From the human T2T-CHM13v2.0 reference genome, Homo sapiens: a DNA stretch of 64,000 bases. The position numbers were made by a program, and so were the translations under genes. The notes beneath the pieces were generated by a model. The model was not told the DNA's origin. It saw only the letters and a program-made list of their open reading frames with translations, and did not search any database. Location of the stretch: assembly GCF_009914755.1 (NCBI RefSeq), contig NC_060937.1; one strand, given 5' to 3'. Shown here piece by piece: positions 57,801-64,000 of this stretch. Position 1 is the stretch's first letter. Every line of letters begins with the position of its first letter.

Positions 57801-58579
57801 AATTGGGGTCTTTTTAAAATTTAAATTCAAAACTAAATAATGTTAACAGTCTGTCCTATCATCCATGTTATAACTATGAAGTAGGTTGTCTCTTGGTAAT
57901 AGAGGTAAGTAATAAGTTACTAGTTTTTGACTGAGATGGGAGAGGTGGTAAATGGTTTCCAGTTCAATAGATGAGAAGCCTTAAGAAAGGGGGCGTGGTC
58001 CCTATGAGGCACTTTGGAGCCAGGGTGAAGCAGTCAGTCAGACTTAGCAGGAAAATCAATAAAGGCAAATTGTTTGCAGCTGTTCACAGAGCACTTCTTG
58101 ATAAACAAGATTTTGCCATTAAAGATTACAGAATAAGAGGTTGCTACAAAATAGTCTATGGCTCTCACCAGATAATCCCAAATGAGGTAATCACTTCACT
58201 TGCACCCTCTGATCCTATCGTGTTAAACCTTTAGAAAAAATTTCCTGGTATGCAGCAATGATTGAAGTCAATTTCCAAAACTTCTCACATATATTGTACC
58301 ATATTCTCTGCCTTTTCTTTTTGAGGTAGTAAAGCAATAGAAGTAAAGTGAACATAGAAGGAACAATGATGTTCATGTACAGATGTTAATTGGAAACTAT
58401 AAAAAGTAAATATTTCAATCTGTGGGAAAGTAATTGTACAAACACATCCTTTCCAGAAAATCATATTGAATGTCCTGGAGAACTTAGCCGATTAAGGGGG
58501 ATGTAATTAAATTTAGCTAGAATACTAATAGAACAAGGAACAAGGCAGAAACCTGCAGACTCTGTAAATTGAAGGAGAA

Positions 58580-58851
58580 TTTTTTTTATTTTTTTTTTTT
58601 TTGAGACAGAGTCTTGCTCTGTCACCCAGGCTGGAGTGCAATGGCACTATCTCTGCATCTCTGCTCACTGCAACCTCCGCCCCCTGGGTTCCAGCGATTC
58701 TTCTGCCTCCGCCTCCTGAGTAGCTGGGACTATAGCACGCACCACCACGCCCAGCTAGTTTTTGTATTTTTAGTAGAGACAGGGTTTCACCATATTGGCC
58801 AGGCGGGTCTCAAACTCCTGCCCTCATGATCCGCCTGCCTCGGCCTCCCAA
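58580..58851 (-). mobile_element. 5'-truncated AluS
   Basis: Ends at cggcctccca, so the first ~35 nt including the A box are absent; TSD aggagaattttt on both sides; small atctctgc duplication. Confidence 0.92.
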
Positions 58852-59069
58852 GGAGAATTTTTAACAAGTTAACATGTATGAGTAAACTTGAGCTCCTTAA
58901 CACCAAATGAACTAATGTTCCTAAAGTATAAGCTTGTAAAGGAACTAAAAGCATTTCAAAAATCTGAAGGTTTATCAATAGAAAGAATAATATATGAAAG
59001 CCAGAAGGACAAACACTCACCTATGGAGGGCATAACACTATGCCAGGGACTAAATATGCCATAAAAGTT

Positions 59070-59250
59070 TAGGTACCTGGATCTGGCAATTGCTATTGCA
59101 TGCCCTTTGGTTTTTCTGAGCCTCCATTTCTTCTTTGGTGAAATGGAGATAAAAATGTCTAACTAGAAGAGGTATTGCTGTAGACTAAATAATGAAATGT
59201 ATATAAATTACCCATTAGAATGCTTGTCACTTAATGGTATTTATAAAATT
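59070..59250 (+). mobile_element. MIR fragment
   Basis: ctgagcctccatttcttctttggtgaaatggagataa. Confidence 0.6.
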
Positions 59251-60249
59251 ATAACAAGTTTTCTTCACCAAAGTGAACACATTAAAATTAGACTTCCAAG
59301 TTTGTAAGGTTCTTAAAGTTCAACTGCTCTAATTACAATACTTAAAATTTGAAAATGGAAACTTTTATTATTACTAACATTGCTATTATTATTATATCTC
59401 TGTTACTTCTTTATAAAGGGTTTATTCAATTGATAATTATATGCTTCTAATGATGGAAGTCCATTTCCTCTTGAGTTTCACCAAAGTGTTTTCAAATACA
59501 CATAATCACTGCTTGTGAAATGGGAATTTTGCTACTGTTTCAATCTGAGCTAGGGACTGCTTTTTCTTTCCTGCTAGACATCCTAAATTAGGATGCAATT
59601 CATTGTTGTTTGCGAGGCTGCACCACGCATTTTTGTTGAGCTAGGTGGAGACAAGTGAATTTTAAAACCATAATTAACACAGCGTCCAATGTATAATATG
59701 TCTTCCTTAAATGTTTATTATTGGTGATAATGATAATAACAAACCTATTTCTGTTCTTTTTGCTTACAGCTATCATTGTAAACTGTTTCAAAGTTTTATG
59801 TAAAATTCTCCTCCTGTTGTGTCTTCAAAATATACAGCTGGCCGCCATTATCTCAGGCATGCCTCTGTGGCAAGTGTGTTTTGTATTATTGCTCATTTGT
59901 TTCTTTCTCTGCCTACTCATCTGTTTTCCTGGCTGTGACTTTTAGCCTCTCATTTATCTCAGTAAGTATTGTCCTTGGCTACTTTCCTTCCCTCATTTCT
60001 ATTGTTTCTTGCTTTCTGGTCACTTTGTTTGATGGCATCTGTTCAACACTTCACATTCATTAATATCCTCCATGAGTTGCTTAATAATAGAGAACCCTGT
60101 TGTGTTTCTGCACAGTTAAGAAAAAAAAAAAAACCTGTCCAGCTTTTGATAAAAGCCTGTACAACAGATTATTCTTGACTTGGGAAATTTTTAGAAGTTA
60201 ATGACAGGGAAATAAAGGCAGATGCAACTGCTTAAGAATTTCTTTGAAA

Positions 60250-60292
60250 TGTGTGTGTGTATGTGTGAGAGAGAGACAGAAAGAGAGAGAGA
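60250..60292. repeat. Compound (GT)n(GA)n microsatellite
   Basis: tgtgtgtgtgtatgtgtgagagagagacagaaagagagaga. Confidence 0.9.
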
Positions 60293-61813
60293 TATTTAAT
60301 TTGCTCACTGAAGAAAAAGCATGTGCATTGTTAAAGTATAGTTATGGGAAATGAACGATCTACCTATATCTAATCTTTAAAAGTATTTAGTTTAAAAATG
60401 CTCAAGATGATTAATATTTGAGAAAACTTTTAAGTAAGCTTAATTATGTAAACAAAGCCTAGTCTGTTTGTTGTATACATTCATATATTTCAAGTCAAAT
60501 ATCTCTTCTGTTATTTTACAAGACATGTATTTTGACCATCTAAATGGTAAGAATGTTCTAAAATAGACATTTATTCATTTTCCAATGCTTAATTCTCAGG
60601 AGAGTATAAAAATGGTAATTAAATATGCCATTGCTCAAGATGACCAACTTATCTAATCACTCTTTGACCTCCAAGTCCACTTTATCCTCTGATGCAGGCT
60701 AGATATTCCCTCTGTATGTCTAAAGCTGCTGTTGGCTTTTAAAAATCTAGACTTTTCTGTGGGAACGGCTATTTAAAATCAAGAGCTCATATTCTATGGA
60801 GTTGCTGCATTAGTTATAACCTGTGGTGTAAAAAGCTATAAAAGATCATTTACAGTTCAATCAAGGTTTCTGCTAATGCAGTGGCTGTTAGGTACATGAA
60901 GAACATGTCAGCTAATATTAAGAATGACATAAAGACTGTGTTCACCCAAAACTTGAAGTCAGAGCACAAAGGATAATATAAAATTCTTTCATATGGAAAT
61001 TAAACTTCATATTGGGAATCCTGGTAGGAGGTCGGGAACTTTACTTCACCCACCAGTTCCCTGGGGTTAACGGGAGTTTGAAAAGAGGTTTGGGTTCACT
61101 CTGGGTTTCCTTATTCTAAAATGGTAGCTATTTTCTAAGACTTGAAATATCTCTCTTGTTCAGATGCTGTTTCTTAAATTTCCTATTTTTAAAGTGTGCC
61201 TGGTTACTTTGAAATTTCTAATTAGTTCTTCCTATTTCTATTTCTCCCCCCTTTTTTTTTTAACTTTGTTTTTTCTCAGTTGTTTTAAGTAATAGTAGAG
61301 CAGACTGTTCAGGTACTTCAAAGGATGAGAGTATTTATAAAGCAGTTCATTATTGGAAAAATGAAAGTGGTTATGACATATCTTGATTATTCTCAAACAC
61401 ATGCACATACACCATAGACTCCAGGGGTACCAATATCTGGACAAGTTTACTTAACCCCAAGAATACATTACAGTTGGGACTGGTTGCCTAGAAACCGGCT
61501 CTCTATCCTAGATTCTAGGAGTGTTTGTCCCACTAAGAATGATTGAGGCTTATTAGCTCCATTAATTCTCATCTCTAAAGTTTGTAACCAGGAAGAGGAG
61601 AAAACTGTCTTTCTAATCCTTGGTCTGTCTTTGGCAGAAATCATGTGAAGCATGTGCTGGATGCTTATTCCCTAGATTCTGTTTTAAATCAGCTAATCTG
61701 CTCAGTACAATGTTTACTCGGGATATTTGTCTTCATTTGCCATGGATTTTGTTATTTTCACCACCCTAATTGAGTATGGGGAAAAATAGACAACATTAAA
61801 AATACACGCTGTT

Positions 61814-62110
61814 GGCCGGGTGTGGTGGCTCATACCTGTAATCCCAGCACTTTGGAAGGCCAAGGTGGGCAGATCACGAGGTCAGGAGATCGAGACCAGC
61901 CTGGCTAACATGGTGAAACCCCATCTCTACTAAAAATACAAAAAATTAGCTGGTGTGGTGGCGGGTGCCTGTAGTCCCAGCTACTCGGGAGGCTGAGGCA
62001 AGAGAATGGCGTGAACCTGGGAGGGGGAGCTTGCAGTAAGCTGAGATTACGCCACTCCACTCCAGCCCAGATGATAGTGTGAGACTTCATCTCAAAGAAA
62101 AAGAAAAAAA
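61814..62110 (+). mobile_element. AluY/Sc-like, full-length
   Basis: TSD aa(a/t)atacacgctgtt at 61799-61813 and 62111-62125. Confidence 0.95.
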
Positions 62111-62125
62111 AATATACACGCTGTT

Positions 62126-62159
62126 GGCCAGGTGCAGTGGCTCATGTCTGTAATTCCAG
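62126..62159 (+). mobile_element. 5' tip of a second Alu, interrupted by LTR12
   Basis: ggccaggtgcagtggctcatgtctgtaattccag, then an abrupt switch to an LTR12 terminus. Confidence 0.85.
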
Positions 62160-62250
62160 TGTCCAGAATTGGTGGATTCTTGGTCTCACTGACTTCAAGA
62201 ATGAAGCCACGGACCCTCGTGGTGAGTGTTACAGTTCTTAAAGGTGGTGT

Positions 62251-63632
62251 TGTGTCCGGAATTGGTGGGTTCTTGGTCTCACTGACTTCAAGAATGAAGC
62301 CGCGGACCCTCGCAGTGAGTGTTACAGTTCTTAAAGGCGGCGTGTCAGGAGTTTGTTCCTTCTGTTGTTAGGATGTGTTCGGAGTTTCTTCCTTCCGGTG
62401 GGTTCATGGTCTCACTGGATCAGGACTGAAGGTGCAGACCTTTGCAGTGAGTGTTACAGCTCTTAAGGTGGCGCGTCTGGAGTTGTTCATTCCTCCTGGT
62501 GGGTTTGTGGTCTCCCTGGCTTCAGCAGTGAGGATGCAGACCTTCACGGTGAGTGTTACAGCTCATAAGAGCAGTGTGGACCCAAAGAGTGAGCAGTAGC
62601 AAGATTTATTACAAAGAGCAAAAGAACAAAGCTTCCACAGTGTGGAAGGGGACCTGAGAGGGTTGCCATTGCTGGCTCGGGCAGCCTGCTTTTATTCTCT
62701 TATCCGGCCCCACCCACATCCCACTAATTGGTAGAGCTGAGTGGTCTGTTTTGACAGGGCGCTGATTGGTGCATTTGCAATCCCTGAGCTAGATGCAAAG
62801 GTTCACCTCCCCACCAGATTAGCTAGATACAGAGTGTCGACACAAAGGTTCTCCACGTCCCCACCAGAGTAGCTAGATACAGAGTGTCGATTGGTGCATT
62901 CACAAACCCTGAGCTAGACACAGGGTGCTGATTGGTGTGTTTACAAACCTTGAGCTAGATACAGAGTGCCGATTGGTGTATTTATAATCCCTGAGCTAGA
63001 CATAAAGTTCTCCACATCCCCACCAGACTCAGGAGCCCAGCTGGTTTCACCTAGTGGATCCCGCACCAGGGCTGCAGGTGGAGCTACCTGCCAGTCCCGC
63101 GCCGTGCACCCGCACTCCTCAGCCCTTGGGTGGTCGATGGGACTGGGCACCGTGGAGCAGGAGGCAGTGCTCGTCGGGGAGGCTTGGGCTGCACAGGAGC
63201 CCACTGTGAGGGGGAAGCTCAGGCATGGCAGGCTGCAGGTCCCGAGCCCTGCCCCGCGGGAAGGCAGCAAAGGCCCGGTGAGAAATAGAGCACAGCAGCC
63301 GCTGGCCCAGGTGCTAAGCCCCTCACTGCCCCAGACTGGCAGGGCCAGCTGGCTGCTCCGAATGCGGGGCCCACCAAGCCCATGCCCACCCAGAACTCCA
63401 GCTGGCCCGCAAGCACTCTGCGCAGCCCCGGTTGCTGCTCACGCCTCTCCCTCCATACCTCCCTGCAAGCTGAGGGAGCTGGCTCCGGCCTTGGCCAGCC
63501 CAGAAAGGGGCTCCCACAGTGCAGTGGCAGGCTGAAGGGCTCTTCAAGTGCCGCCAAAGTGGGAGCCCAGGCAGAAGAGGCACAGAGAGCGAGCGAGGGC
63601 TGTGAGGACTGCCAGCACGCTGTCACCTCTCA
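62251..63632 (-). mobile_element. LTR12C (ERV9) complete solo LTR, 1382 bp
   Basis: Reverse complement begins TGAGAGGTGACAGCGTGCTGGCAG and ends CCAATTCCGGACACA; TSD gtgt at 62247-62250 and 63633-63636; GC-rich U3 and tandem gagctaga/gattggtg units. Confidence 0.96.
62660..63010 (-). promoter_or_regulatory. LTR12C promoter core: CCAAT (NF-Y) array and AATAAA-type TATA box
   Basis: Five attgg (minus-strand CCAAT) boxes between about 62727 and 62976; cttttatt (AATAAAAG) at about 62689-62696; matches known ERV9 LTR architecture; activity not shown. Confidence 0.7.
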
Positions 63633-63849
63633 GTGTGTCCGGAGTTTGTTCCTTTCAATGTTCGGACGTGTTCGGAGTTTCTTCCTTCTGGTGGGTTCGT
63701 GGTCTCACTGGCCTCAGGAGTGAAGCTGCAGACCTTCGCAGTGAGTGTTACAGCTTATAAAGGCAGTGCCGACCCAAAGAGTGAGCAGCAGCAAGATTTA
63801 TTGCAAAGAGCAAAGGAACAAAGCTTCCAGTGTGGAAGCGGACCCAAGC

Positions 63850-64000
63850 AGGTTGCCACTGCTGCCTCTGGCAGCCTGCTTTTATTCCCTTATCTGGCCC
63901 CACCCACGTCCTGCTGATTGGTCCATTTTACAGAGAGCTGATTGGTCTGTTTTGACAGGGTGCTGATTGGTGCATTTACAATCCCTGAGCTAGACACAAA
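63850..64000 (-). promoter_or_regulatory. Outer LTR12 promoter core (CCAAT boxes and AATAAA)
   Basis: cttttatt at about 63879-63886 and three ctgattgg boxes between about 63914 and 63970. Confidence 0.65.

Larger units (their letters stand above)
62160..64000 (-). mobile_element. Outer LTR12-family (ERV9) LTR: 62160-62250 plus 63637 to beyond the window end
   Basis: tgtccagaattggtggattcttggtctcactgacttc 3' terminus; removing the insert and one TSD copy restores aaaggtggtgt-gtccggagtttgttcc. Confidence 0.9.

Noticed and set aside
62760-63010. Short interspersed repeats (gagctagatacagagtg, gattggtg) that superficially resemble a CRISPR array
   Set aside because: These are the standard tandem U3 units of ERV9 LTRs; no unique spacers, no cas genes, eukaryotic DNA.
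62132-63966. Long GC-rich ORFs (up to 189 aa) on both strands
   Set aside because: They lie in LTR12/LTR12C; GC-rich LTR DNA is poor in stop codons and I recognise no protein domain.

Overview
AT-rich, repeat-dense primate DNA, very likely human because it carries a near-pristine AluYb8/Yb9 element. It looks intronic or intergenic. I find no credible protein-coding exon, RNA gene, CpG-island promoter or CRISPR-like system. The ORFs I can assign fall in Alu, L1, MaLR or LTR12 sequence, and the rest look like chance ORFs in AT-rich DNA. The window holds about 20 Alu/FLAM copies, a 5'-truncated 4.4-kb L1PA16-like element, many solo MaLR/ERV LTRs, DNA-transposon relics (MER85, MER47A, half a MADE1, MER5) and old L2/MIR/L1M fragments. 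The most notable structure is at the right end: a complete LTR12C (ERV9) solo LTR with a 4-bp TSD sits inside a second, same-orientation LTR12, which sits inside an Alu. This gives two tandem NF-Y/TATA promoter cores pointing leftward into the window. Also worth a look: an atypical, possibly polymorphic AluYb9, a MER85 with a damaged CSB-PGBD3 palindrome, an 80-bp-spaced inverted Alu pair, two old short local duplications and two adjacent perfect palindromes. All subfamily calls come from comparison by eye with remembered consensus sequences and need RepeatMasker/Dfam confirmation. I could not identify a host gene.
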